Both the position numbers and the translations under genes were made by a program. DNA of 63,065 nucleotides, counting the filler, from Polymyxa betae A26-41 (taxonomy: Eukaryota > Protista > Endomyxa: Phytomyxea): assembly GCA_003693705.1 (NCBI GenBank). It is 8 parts of 8 records of this genome, joined end to end, with 100 filler letters (N's around TTAATTAATTAA, not from the genome) between each part and the next. Parts side by side here need not be neighbours in the genome. Positions count along the whole stretch, not along the records: positions 23,861 to 27,560 come from RBZT01000482.1; positions 27,661 to 31,474 come from RBZT01000866.1; positions 31,575 to 44,672 come from RBZT01000961.1; 5 more parts are not named here. One strand, given 5' to 3'. Below the pieces are notes generated by a model. The model did no database searches. It was not told the origin of the DNA and worked only from the letters and a program-made list of their open reading frames with translations. This document shows positions 25,087 through 37,639 of the stretch, piece after piece. Positions within the stretch are counted from its first letter, which is position 1, and every line of letters begins with the position of its first letter.

Positions 25087-25591
25087 TTAATCAACCATCA
25101 TTTCATTCGTGGAATTCGTTAGATTCGGAAGGGTAAATATGAAATTCGTTGCAGGAACTTGATTCAAGTCGGATAGTCCAGGTTTTTGTTGTTGGTCGTT
25201 GCCTTCATCGGCGACGGCGGCAGTAATTTCTTCGGCATGGCGCTTTTTCAAGGCTTCGCTCAACTGACGGATCAAACGGGTCTTCTCCCTGCGCTCGTCT
25301 TTCTCTCCTGCCTTCTTCTTGCTTAGCCTTTTCCTGGATACATTGCTTAGTTATATATAAATCGAAAAGGGAGCGCACTGACAGTTCTTCTGTAATACCA
25401 GCAATTTGATCGCGAAGTTGCCGCTGTTCACGTTTATGACGTTGCTTCATCTTGCCCAGAGTCTCGACACGATCCATATCAAGCGCGTTCATTTCGATAT
25501 CAAAACCGTCGGCGTCATTTTTCTCAGAATAAGGCTTCGCTCGGCGTTTAGTCTTCTTCTTATTACGTCGGCGGAGCGGTTGATGAGCCAT
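25087..25591 (-). CDS. Small basic coiled-coil protein resembling the OTUD6/Otu2 N-terminal region, no OTU domain seen
   Basis: ETLGKMKQRHKREQRQLRDQI and IRQLSEALKKRHAEEI; one short intron. Confidence 0.5.
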
Positions 25592-27474
25592 GCTAAAAAT
25601 TGAAATGATTTACCATGTTAGGAGCTGAGAAAATCATCGACAAGAAATGCGCAATTTTTTACTGCGAAGTCTCGCATAGCCTTATTATAGGTCACTATAA
25701 AGAATGTCATTAGTTAGCAACCCTTCTCCCATAGCAATGGTAATGATTTTGACCAAGATTAACAAGACCGGTTACTGGAAACCAGTTGGCGAGGCACTCA
25801 AGTATCTCGACTTTTATACTGTTCGATAATTGGTGTCCTGGGATTGTCGATATCTGGGACACTAGGGACGTTCCCGGAGAAACAAAAAAATCTATGACCC
25901 CGAATCTCGGTATTGGACTCGTTTTTTAAACTTTAATTTTACGTGATGCTGGGGTTGTATAACTCGATAATAACCGACTATGATTGTTACTCCTCGTGTG
26001 AGAAACTGTCTTTGCTTCAGATCATATGTCTTATAGATACAGCTGTGGCAGGACTGGGGGCACACCAGGTTCAACATTCAAAAGAAAACTGATTAAATCG
26101 CTGTTCAAGTTCAAGAACCGTTCGCAAAAGCTGAGGAATCCGTGACGATCTTTAGGGTTTGTGATTCGAATACTGGTCGAACACAGACAAACTCGTATTC
26201 AAACCTGGTGACGAAGATACCGAACACTCGGAAATCGCCGAGAACCTGGACAGGTCGAGATCGATTGCGATCTGAAAACAATGTAAAGAGTTAATCGGGA
26301 TCAGATGAATAAGGCATGTGCAAGATATACCGATCATCTCCAGAAGAGCCAGAGACATGTCGCTGGCCATTTTTTGGAAGTCTTGATGGTCTTGGTTATC
26401 GGCGATGACAGTATCAGCAAATCTCAACGAACAGAACCGGGAGATTGTTATAAATTAGGATCAGATCGATACGGTGATCTCCGGGATAATCGTGTACGAA
26501 GCAATTAATATGATACTCCCAATACAATGCACAGGATTTCATATCAGGACCATAAGCAATAGTTGCACTGAGGATGTCTTTCCATAGTGAATGAAATTGA
26601 ATTTCATGCATCGAATCGAAGCAGAATTTAGCCTGACGTATACAAATTTCTGCCAAGAAACACGACATGGTAACATGCCCAAGCTGTCGAGCAAGCACAG
26701 ATTCAGTACCAGAAGCTGCAGAGAAAATCGAAATCAATATTTACATCGACTTTAAGATCGCCAATTCACTCACCAGATTGAATAATATTGGATAATGTAA
26801 TACCATCAGGAAGTGAATCATCAAACTGCTGTGATCAACATCAGGTAGCTATCTCTAAGTTACTGATGAAATCTCGGAATGCATTGTATTGCTGTTCTGT
26901 CGGAATCATTGCTGGATTTCTGACAAATGCCGCTTTATGGATAATGCGCCACCTGATTAATGAGAAAGCCCTTCTGTAATCGCTGTTATTGATATTCGAT
27001 GTATATGCGGATGTAGACAGTTCGTCAGACATGAGCAACATTGAATTTTGAAAGTTTCAGAGCGACAGAAATTTGCTCTATATTTTATCAGAAGAATGAA
27101 GAAAAACAAAACATATTAAATCCCATATTACCTGGGGGGGCTCCAGCACTATACGAACAATTTGTCTACACATTGCCCACAGCGACACGGTCGTCATCAG
27201 AAATGATTTCACCCTCAGAACCATGTAATTCGATTTCTGCACCGTGAAGGTCAAAATAAGCTCGAGCGTAATGAATAAGATTCCGTCCATATGATTGTCG
27301 ATTAGAAGGCAATGGTGGTGACAGACGTTCTTCGCCAAAAACAATGGTACAGGTCTGATAGTAAAAGGAAAGTGAATAAATCAGAATGATAAATTAAGAG
27401 TAGTGATACATGCAGGGATGGTTGGGGCAGCATCCCAGAAGGCGTTGAGGTCACTCCCTGCCCCGGTGGTGGTC

Positions 27475-27560
27475 TTGACAGAACCTTTCAACTGAAGGTT
27501 TTCCTATGTTAACTACTTTACTTAACACCTGACTTTTAGATCCGCTTCGAGGTTTTATTC
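27475..27560 (+). repeat. Repeat terminus (TGACAGAACCTTTCAACTGAAGG...), inverted copy of 23861-23947
   Basis: Direct comparison, ~85 bp with a few mismatches. Confidence 0.9.
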
Positions 27561-28749
27561 NNNNNNNNNNNNNNNNNNNNNNNNNNNNNNNNNNNNNNNN
27601 NNNNTTAATTAATTAANNNNNNNNNNNNNNNNNNNNNNNNNNNNNNNNNNNNNNNNNNNNACTCGCAGCCGCCCAGCCGACCACCAGGCAGTCGTACTGG
27701 CCCTTCCTGAGGGGCTGCGCAGAGGGCTGCGCCCCTGCTGACGATTCCTATAGGGGAAGAGCCCTAACTGTCACGGACTGCGCGGGTCCCCTCGTCTCCC
27801 TACTATGAATGGCGAGGAGCGGCCTCCACGCAACCATTCCGATCAACTCCAAAATTCATACGTTTCTCATCTCGTCTCCGACTCTCTATTGCTTCGTTCT
27901 CTCGCTTCGCCTCACCTCCGACTCCCCTCCGACCTTCGTCTCCGCTCCGCCTCCGTCTCACCGGCACCGCTCCACTACGATCCCCTCACCGCTCCACTCC
28001 GACCCTCTCTCCGCTCCACTCCGTGCCCCGCCGCTCCGCCTCCGAGGACTCCCTGACGTCGCTCCGTTGCAGGACACCGGTCCCCCGCGTCCTACCCTCT
28101 GCTCCCGAGTCATCGCACCGCTTATCTAACCAATAAAAGGGGATTTTTACTCGATCCTAACAATAGCCAATTGACGAAATATAAACAATCTACATTGCCA
28201 TGTATTGCTTCTTATTGTACGCTGTCGTGTGTTTGGACGCTTCATACGTCGACCATCAGATCCTACAGCAGCGACAATAGCGCTGGTGCAAGTTGTTAAT
28301 GCGATAATAGTCGACTTGACAGCAGGTATCTTCAAATATGATATAACTTAAACTCTGAATTTTCACCGGCTTTTGTGGTCACCCAGTGACTGCGATCTGC
28401 AGACTTTTAAAAAGTAAGTCTCTGACTTACTTTTTCAAAAAGTTACTGCTGATGGTCACAGTCCAGTCAGCTGGCCAAAAAGTGAGTGACTAAAAAGTGT
28501 GACTTTTTCTATTTCAACCAGTCTCTAAATCGATTTTAATTGTCGCAAAATAGTGTGCAGTATAGTTAAACATTGACGTCTATCTTTCGGATTTCCGATA
28601 GATTTTTACAACGTACTTCCGAAACTTCCGGAGTTTGATTCACGAGCATCTCCCACTGGGTCTCAGATGACAGCATTTCCCCAGGGGTTTCTGTTCGTTT
28701 CACCTTAACGACCGAATTACCGATCGGTCGAAAGGAATTCAAATCCAAG

Positions 28750-29170
28750 TGAATTTTCAAGGCCAAGATGAGCGATGACGGCTATCGAGCGTTACAAGGC
28801 CAGGCTCGTCGCGCAAGGCTTCATGCCAACGTTTTGGCATAGACTATGACGAAGCATTTCGCCAGCTGCCACCAACGCGATGATGCGAATCCTCATCGGA
28901 CTTCGAGCCCAAAATTGGTGTGTCCATCAACTCGACGTTGATACCGCCTACCTACACGCCAAGATTGACACTGAGCTCTACATTACACTACCGGAAGGCT
29001 TTGAAATTGATAATGATTTATGAAAAGGGACATAAGTTGTTTTGCAAATTACGCAAGGCGATTTACGGACTAAAACAGGCCGGACTGGCCTGGTACAAGC
29101 ATCTATCCGACCACTTCGCAATCTCGATGTCAAACAATCAGTTAACGACCAATGTCTCAATGTCCAAAAG
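28750..29170 (+). mobile_element. Ty1/Copia reverse transcriptase fragment, degenerate
   Basis: IERYKARLVAQGF, GIDYDEAFSP, VHQLDVDTAYLHA, LRKAIYGLKQAG (RVT_2 motifs) with frameshifts and stops. Confidence 0.92.
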
Positions 29171-29173
29171 AAC

Positions 29174-29524
29174 AATGTCATGAACCCATCACAGTTTCTC
29201 CATCTTTCGCAGCTGCATATCCCTACTCAGTGACTAGATGAATAAAGTTCTGTGTTGCAGTCGTCGAATTGAGCCTACTGTTAAGAACCTAGACTGTAAT
29301 AAAGAATATGGTCTGAAGAATGTGAGGGACGATGATAACAAATCAGCTGGAACAAAGGATCAATAGGAAAGAGACAGAGCTACGAGCAGAGGCAAGCGAC
29401 GTTTAGGTATCGAACTGAGCTACTCTCAGTTCGACGACTGCAACACAGAACTTTATTCATCTAGTCACTGAGTAGGGATATGCAGCTGCGAAAGATGGAG
29501 AAGCTGTGACGGGTTCATGGCATT
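29174..29524. mobile_element. MITE/foldback element with ~100-bp imperfect terminal inverted repeats, TG...CA-like ends
   Basis: TGTCATGAACCC...GTCGTCGAATTGAG (29176-29272) versus CTCAGTTCGACGAC...GGGTTCATGGCA (29425-29522). Confidence 0.8.
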
Positions 29525-31218
29525 ATACCCCCTTCAGAATCAGATCCTGCCTTAGCCGGGAAACGTTGATGAAAATCTCGCAGTGCCTGTTGCAGGGCAG
29601 GGGTAGCTGACGAAAGTAAGTTTTTTGCACTAATATACGGCACCGGCTGGGATCCAAATACGGAATATATGGATCTTTATTAGAAAAGGCTTTATTTCCA
29701 GGCAATTGCTTCAGCAATGACCGAATCTATCGGCATTGTGAAACGCCCTCCAATGAAAACGGCGTCATTGCTGATCTATGGTTTTCCCACTTAATGACAG
29801 AAAAGTCGCTTTATACCGTCGTAGTATTGGGAAAAAGTCCACTCTGGAAATTTGTTCTTCAGGCCAGGAGTCGTCCAAGCCTCGCAAACTAGATGGCTCA
29901 AAGCTTTCGTCTGTGCAATATCCCGCGGATTCAATGACAATCAGCTAATTAGAACGACACGGCTAGTCTTGGTCGCTGGTGGTGTTGTTAACATTATTGC
30001 GTAAGGCGTCGACCGATCTGAGACCATCAACAATTGTGAGAGAATAATTTGTCCAACAGCCCGGACCACCTCCTCTTTGCCATCCGGGTCGAGGCCGTCC
30101 AGCGCCCGGATGGTGAAGACGCCTTGATCATTGATTAGTCCAATCAAATAGCTCTTACTGACCTGCCTGTTCTTCTTAACGTCGAAGCCTTCACTTGAAT
30201 CTTGGGCTGCTTCTTCCGGAATGCGTTTAACAAACGCGAATCGCTGTAAAGTAGTGTTCTTGTACCGCGGATTTTTTGCTGCTGAAGTGTGATCCTTCGC
30301 CCTTGTAAGCCTGAAACGCGCTCCCGGGCATGGTTAGATAATTCTCATGACAACTGCAATTACGATCCACCAGCTTGGCGCCGGAAGATTTTGCAAAAAA
30401 ATATTTTTTTCAAAACAAAAGAAAATTTTCAATAAAAATATTACGAAGTACGGAATTTCCTAGGAGAGAAAAACGGAACATACGGATTCTATTTATAGAT
30501 TTCCGTAGTTAAGGAGGCCTGCCTATCACATTCTGCGTAACCATTTCAGTGAATTAAGTACTGTAGCTGTCGCCTGTAATGTCTAGAATCGACAATTTCG
30601 TCAATTTCATTCTGAAATTATTTCTACATTACTTAAGAGTTACGACTACCTCAACAGGTAGAGAGCTTCATTATGAGTAACAGACGTGTTACACGACAAA
30701 CAGCAACTGCAAGATTCACATCGGACAACGTTACAGTCCAGGCTGGAATCAATGGCGTACCCGCCCCTTTACACTAACAATAATGAAATTTACAAAATTA
30801 ATTAAAATGGAAACGTTTTGAACACGGAAAACTTGACCATATCGGGAGTCCTGCAAGCTCCAATAACTTCCAGTCTACTGTCAGCGGGTCAAGCACAGAT
30901 TCGGCATTTAGAAGTTATCTCAGTCTGTCGTACCCTAACACGCTTTTCAGAAGCGAAACCATACTACCAAGCACATTCAATACGTGTCAAGGCGGAAAAC
31001 AAAACTATCAATGCATCTGACAATGTGCTCTTTGAATCCAGTGCTCCAAATTGTTATTATATTTTGACACTACAAACACTCAGTAGCGGGCTACTCTGTG
31101 GTTTTGTTTCAGATGACTTCGAATTTAGGAATTTAGAAGGTGTATTTTCATTTCAAACGAGGGTAAGAAATGAAAGTTCCGAATAAATCCAAATGGTAAT
31201 TCTGTATTTACAAACGAC

Positions 31219-31474
31219 TTGGATTGGATTGGATTGGATTCGACTAGTTCGTTGATTTTTGGTCAACAGGCGGCGCTATTTCCAAAACGCATGGCTGGAA
31301 AATTTAGGCACGGTGCCCAAATTATTTCCAGAACCCCTACTACCGATTTCGGGGCTTTGCAGTATTTCACCCGTTTGTATAATGCTTTATCGTAGACGGC
31401 CCTATGAGAAGGACCTAAGAGAGCCTCGATAAGGTAAGGTAGGCACCCGCCCAATCCAACAGGGACTCGAACCC
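31219..31474 (-). mobile_element. tRNA-derived SINE (B-box head, body, (CCAAT)n tail); 5' end cut by contig end
   Basis: Minus strand begins GGGTTCGAGTCCCTG (T-arm/B-box) and ends ACTAGTCGAATCCAATCCAATCCAATCCAA; related copies at 35813, 45846 and 6018. Confidence 0.8.
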
Positions 31475-32329
31475 NNNNNNNNNNNNNNNNNNNNNNNNNN
31501 NNNNNNNNNNNNNNNNNNTTAATTAATTAANNNNNNNNNNNNNNNNNNNNNNNNNNNNNNNNNNNNNNNNNNNNCGAGATCGATTCGGAATGTGAGCAAG
31601 TTTTACAGCAGGATGCAGTTGATACCAATGACAATTCATCCGTCCGTCTGCACTTTAATGACGACTTCGAATCGGAATTTGAACCAATGCCCCCCTTTAC
31701 CATGACACAGCCCCTCTACAGAACCAGACTGCCCGCTCTACAATTTCCTGTAAGGGCTTTCTCCAGAACCAGCGCAATGCTATGATTCAGTTACCATATT
31801 TTCTCACATCTCAATTAACTTTCGTTTATTATTGTAGTTTGCCTGTCTTCAAGATTTTATACATCACTTTGGTGTTCAATGTCACTTTGCCAGTGATGGG
31901 CTCGCCAAGCTCGAAGATAATGTCAAGATCAATTCGAGTCAGGTTATATCTGTTCATCAGAAAAACGGTCTCATCGATTCCTTCGGTTCCGTGTTCTGTT
32001 AGTGCATGGATGATATGACGACGTACAGCTGGTAGATAGTCAAGGTTTTAGGTCTTGAGCTGATGTTCCCAACAGCTCGACACGGCTATGTAATTCTGAC
32101 AGAAATCGAACGTTCTTGCCATAAGTGGCGTTCTTTCCAAGCACTGAGGAGTTTCAATGCGTCTGTCGACAGGTAAAAAACGAAAGCAGAAAGATACGAC
32201 AGCAGACGGGTAGGTGACCAGAATTGGGAACTCCAAAAGCGACCGATGACATTGCAGCATGCACTGGCATCGAAGACCACGATTGATAGCAACGAATATT
32301 TGTTTCCACAAAAACACCATCCGAGATTG

Positions 32330-33655
32330 AGCATGCAGCTTTGGCATAGCTCTTCAGATAGCAGATTTGAAAGCTGTTAAAAATGAAATACTGTGGTCCA
32401 TATCGGGATACTTGCCGCCAGTTTCACTTTGTGAGACTTCAGCTGGAGTTAGCTGAAGGATACAATTAAGGTAGTGCTTTGGATCATCAGCAGTAACACG
32501 CTCAGATAAGAGAAGTAAACATCCATTCGGTTTGTCATCCAACACCCTCCATCAACTCAAATGGGCAGAATAGCTCCGGGCCCAGATCGAAGGACTGTTT
32601 TCGAAGTCTTCGGGTGGAGCATTCGTGGCGTCTTCGAAGGTGACTGCCAGTGAACTTCCGTGAACCTTGGAATATGTTTAGAGATACCAATAGGAAGTAC
32701 CTAGTTCTCCATAGCTACATCGTATTACGTATCTGGTGAATGTCATCTCTGGTGGTTTCCACCAGCTTCGTAAGAACAGTCATGTCAACATTTACCCTAG
32801 ATTGAGTCAGAAGATATCGAAAAGCACTAAGACATCAAGTACCTTCTCGTTTAACAATAGAAAGAATCCTCTGAGCGGCCGGTTTTGCCATCGGCCGGTT
32901 TTGCCATCGGCCTTTCAAGGAGGATTTAGAGATGTAAAATAGCATTTAATTCAGTAGTAAGGATACCTACTGAATCGTAAATCAATACAATAATTGGCCA
33001 AGGTCTTGCTTGACCTTAGCATGCAGCTTTGGCAAAGCGCTTCAGATAGCAGATCTGAAAGCTGTTAACAATGAAATACTGTGGTCCATATCGGGATACT
33101 TTCCGCCAGTTTCACTTTGTGAGACTTCAGCCGGAGGTAGCTGAGGGATACAATCAAGGTAGTGCTTTGGACCATCAGCAGTAACAAGCTCAGATCAGAG
33201 AAGTAAACGTCCATTCGGTTTGTCATCCAATCCAGCCCATGCAACACCGTCCATTAACTCAGATAAGCAGAATAGCTCCGGGCCCAGATCGAAGGACTGT
33301 TTTCGAAGTCTTCGGTTGGAGCATTCGTGGCGTCTTCGAAGGTGACTGCCAGTGAACTTCCGTGAACCTTGGAATAGGAAGTACCTAGTTCTCCATAGCT
33401 ACATCGTATTACGAATCTGGTGAATGTCATCTCTTGTCAACATTTAACTTTAGATTGAGTCAGAAGATATCGAAAAGCACTAAGACATCAAGTACCTTCT
33501 CGTTTAACAATAGAAAGAATCCTCTGAGCGGCCGGATTTGCCATCGGCCTTTCAATGAGGATTTACAGATGTAAAATAGCATTTAATTCAGTAGTAAGGA
33601 TACCTATTGAATCGTAAATCAATACAATGATTTGCCAAGGTCTTGCTTGACCTTA
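32330..33655. repeat. Tandem duplication of a ~640-690-bp segment containing degenerate minus-strand coding sequence (possibly a kinase-like CRN C-terminal domain)
   Basis: Both copies start AGCATGCAGCTTTGGCA (~32331, ~33018) and end CCAAGGTCTTGCTTGACCTTAG. Confidence 0.85.
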
Positions 33656-35797
33656 GGACTATTTTCTGTCATTACAAATGCGCATCATGGGAACCTATAA
33701 GATGCACAAGTCGGTTTTCCAATTTCAATCACTCAAGTGGATAGGATTACCTTAGTTGTTGCCTTAATCAAAGAGTAAAGCTCTTGCATACCTTATGCTT
33801 TTTAGCTTGGTGTATGAGCATATGCGAAAGATAAACAAATACGCGACGATCCAACTTGGAATCGATATTGGGAGGTTCGGTGACTGCAGACTGGCAGCGA
33901 AGAATCCATCCCGACATCGAAATGCGCTAAAATCTCCTTCAAAGCTATCCTAAAAGTCATTATTAAATCAGAGAAGCTACAAACCGACTCATTGATAGAA
34001 GAGTCCAGCTGTTCGCCGCAGACTTTCAAGCTCTTTCGCAGACTAGAGCCAATCTTATCAGATTCTCAGCTTGCAGTTTGACCAGCAACCCGGTTGGCAC
34101 GAAACTGCTAGCATCCACAATCATGTTCTCTGCGGGTCCGAAAGATTACGCAGACAAAGAGGCCTGTAAGGTACTGAAAGACTCAGTACAGCATCGCAGC
34201 CATTTTGGAAGCTTTCTTAATACACAGGGCTTTGAATTCCAATCCTAAAGTACAAAATTAAACATGGTGTCTGACATTCCGGCCTAAGAGCTAATTAGAT
34301 AAGCTTAACCTGTTTTTTGCATCTATCAATGCTGAATTTGTGACGAGACAGAATTACCAGATTTACAGCATGGAGAGATTGTGATATTGACTTGATAGGT
34401 GATGCGCTTAATTGAAAGCAGTCGCGCCTTTTGCAAAGAAATTGGCAGGACTTTTGTAATCGGGATATGCTTCTTCTAATGTATTCATCAATAATAACAG
34501 ATAAAACTCATTTCAAAAACTAATTTGGAAGCAACACTAAGCAGATAAGGCCTCAACGTAAGAGATGTAAATTGTCAGACATGGGAAAGCAGTTGGGAGA
34601 GCACTTGAGATGTCAATGATGAAACTCTACAGAGCTTACATGTAATATCGAGAATGTTAACACGATAATTGTTCCATAGGACATTCAAAAGATGCAACAA
34701 GAATCCATCTCTGTTCCATGAAGCACTCAGAAGTTCAAACAATACCATGTTTCCTGAAATAGAACCTCTAACATTAGAATCATTCGATCAAAATGTCAAT
34801 GTATAAGCTACAGAACTTGCAGATAAATGATGGCCGATCCATTCTGTATGGGTCCCAACTGAATCAATGCAGAACGAGACCAGATCGCAATTGACGACCG
34901 AGCTCGACTTCATCAAATACAGCAACCTGGAATGTAGGCGCGGCTGACCGAAGCAACCCATCCCTCGCTTATCGAAATGAACACTGACGCTGCAATCGAC
35001 GTCTTGTTCGGTGTCGAAATGCCAGCCCGACGGCTCGTCACTATATGATAAACTTAATATCGCCACTCTCTGTCAATCACTGCCATTGACTATAAGGCCG
35101 ATAGAGGGATGCTTTTGCTGAATACCTACATGGTAAATACAGGAACTGGCATGTTTTCTGATGAATCAAAATATTCCGCAGTTTTCTCTTTACTTCAGAT
35201 TTCCAGCCAGAAGATGAGTGGAAAGCTGAATTTCATTCGTAAAGAGCGTATAAGCAAGTTTGTCGATTTGAATCGGTTCTGTTGACTTTTGTTTTTGAAG
35301 CATCGATAAATCAGTTGGGTGGTTACTTGTGCTTGAGGCAACCTAAAGCTTGAATGCCTGTTGGAAGCGCAGCCCACCGCGCATTATCAATTTCACTTCG
35401 CGCAGAAAAATTATTGCGATAGTTCTCACAACCTCAGTGCAAACAACACTAATTAAGCAGCAAACTCTGGCGTCAACCCTACCAACGAGTTCTGCATCTT
35501 CTAAAAGATCTGCTAGCTGCGCTGAAGCAACTTAGTATGATCATCTCGGCCTGTATGCGATAAATTTGCTGAATGCACTTTTAGGTGATGTACTGGCATC
35601 CACCAAGCAGGTTCGCTGAGTTCCGTTGGGAGTATTCATTCCCGAACCTGGATCTTCTTTGAATTATATTGGGAATTGTGGTAGTAAAGCTGCTGCTGAT
35701 CCACTGAAATGTAACAACTGCAACACTTACTTTTAAACAGGTACCAGACTGTATTTATACGCGATTTAATGCTCGTTAATCCGATCGACATCAGATT

Positions 35798-35972
35798 AAC
35801 GATTGGTTTGTTACGGGTGTATTACTGCAACGCCCCGAAATCGGTAGTAGGGGTTCTGGAATCTATTTGGGCAATTTGCCTAAATTATCCAGCCATGCGT
35901 TTTGGAAAGAGCGCCGCCTGTTGACCATAAATCAGCGAACTAGTCGAATCCAACCAATCCAACGATTGGCTT
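35798..35972 (+). mobile_element. 5'-truncated SINE copy with 12-bp TSD (11/12 match)
   Basis: Body matches the reverse complement of 31219-31375; AACGATTGGTTT at 35798 and AACGATTGGCTT at 35961. Confidence 0.85.
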
Positions 35973-36659
35973 CTAGAGCGGCTGCATCCTCTATAGCTCG
36001 TCCTATAGAAGAGTTACACTTGGCATAGATGCATAATGCTCTTGAACTGGAGGATCGTTACAAGATGTGCAAACTATTCATCAGATAGATCTATATCAAA
36101 TTTAGATGATTGGTAGATCAGGTCTGTGAAACATCTTTGTTACAATTAAAGGACTTCCTTCTATCGCTGCCGACCATAAGCGACATCCCTATCAAGCCGG
36201 AAGTGTTCGATATAGTTCAACGAAACGGCCATCGAGGAATTTTTGCTTAGACTTTTTCCGACAACTGTTCACTGAATCGGATGCTGAATTTTCATCTTAT
36301 TTCGGGGAGAGAGCCGCAATCAGAGGGAATCGATAATTACATGCAGCCATCAAGAAGCCTCCAGCACGTAGCGCTCGGCAATCTACCTGTCGTGATAAGA
36401 CCATCGATTCCGTTGATGAAAGCGATTAACTAATATAAACTAATTGTTCTATAGCTGACACTTTACAGTTGCGTATTTTTTCCTCATTGGATTGAATTGG
36501 ATTGCTTGTGGGCGGCACAGTTACGAGAGTGTGGGATTTAAAATCCATTTGTATCGAGCTACAGGTAGAAGTTGAATATAGCATTTTAAAATAGAGAGTT
36601 GTAGTGCTTCACTCTCTGGGAGCTGATTCTAGTCTTTAGAAAGGGAAACGGGCAATATG

Positions 36660-37560
36660 AAACTAGGGGGTATCAAAGTTCCGTGGGATGTTGATTTTCC
36701 CGGATTGAGTTTCCTATCGGAAACTCGATTTTCCTTGCAGCTAAGTTTACCCTAAAACGCATTTTCGGCAAGCAGATAAGTCGGGGGTATCAAACATCAA
36801 ATTTTACTTATGGTGCGATTCTCAGAAAGAGAGCATTTGATGAGAGATCTTGATGCCGCTTTGAAGGCTATGTCTGTTCAAATGGCGATCTATAGAAATT
36901 CTAATCCTGAAAGATCATCGCGAGCCAAGCGGATCGCCTGCAATCTTTTGTCCATTATATCGCTTGCTCGACAAAGTCGTTATATCAATCTTAGAGCAAA
37001 TCTATTAAAAGATGCAACAGCATTAAATAATCTCCCTCTTCGAACTGCTAAAGAGTTTATTCAAGAGGTCAGAGTTTGTCAGGATACGCTCAGATATATC
37101 TTGAGTAAAATAGAGAGTAAGGATCGTCTTTATCATAAACCCTAAAACCCTAAACCTTGTAGACCATGAAATTTTCCAGAACAACTCGCAGAACCCCCAA
37201 CGCGAAGTATGGGTTCAACTAGCAGGCGCTCTGCATCGTTTAGGACACTCAGCTGTCATAGCGGCTTTTCGCATCGTGTGTGGTCCAGACACGATCTTTA
37301 TTGTCAAGGAATTTGTTGACAAAATCTGCTAAGGCTTTGTAGCCTGTAGCCTTAGAAAGTTTTTGACCAGCAACAACTAGCTTGCCATTTGATGCGGAAC
37401 CGGTGATTAACTTGAAATTTTCAGAAATCTCGAGAAAGGTGATCATGGCACTAAACTCGGCCAGGCTGGTGCGTTTGCGTTGGCTTTTAGGCTGTGAAGA
37501 AGGCGTGCCTTTAGTTGACATGGTCACAGTTCTGCCCATCATGGGTAGCTATTGTATAAA
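36660..37560. mobile_element. Internally deleted PIF/Harbinger element: transposase 5' part (+, 36810-37248, intron 37117-37162) convergent with a Myb/SANT-like ORF 5' part (-, 37249-37542)
   Basis: RY..R, F.QEVRV, HEIFQNNSQNPQREVWVQLAGALHRLGH on +; ENFKLITGSA...KATGYKALADFVN...WT..DAKSRY on -; both break at the same point. Confidence 0.75.
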
Positions 37561-37639
37561 CAGAAACACCAAGTGCTAATAAAAATGTGTAATCAGATTG
37601 CAATTTCCGATAACCGACTGCGTAATTATTTAGGGTATC

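Noticed and set aside
26100-27400. Coding-like minus-strand fragments
   Set aside because: Could not assemble a consistent spliced frame or recognise a family
31441-31474. Standalone tRNA gene
   Set aside because: Only a T-arm is visible and it runs directly into a dispersed repeat body; better explained as a SINE head
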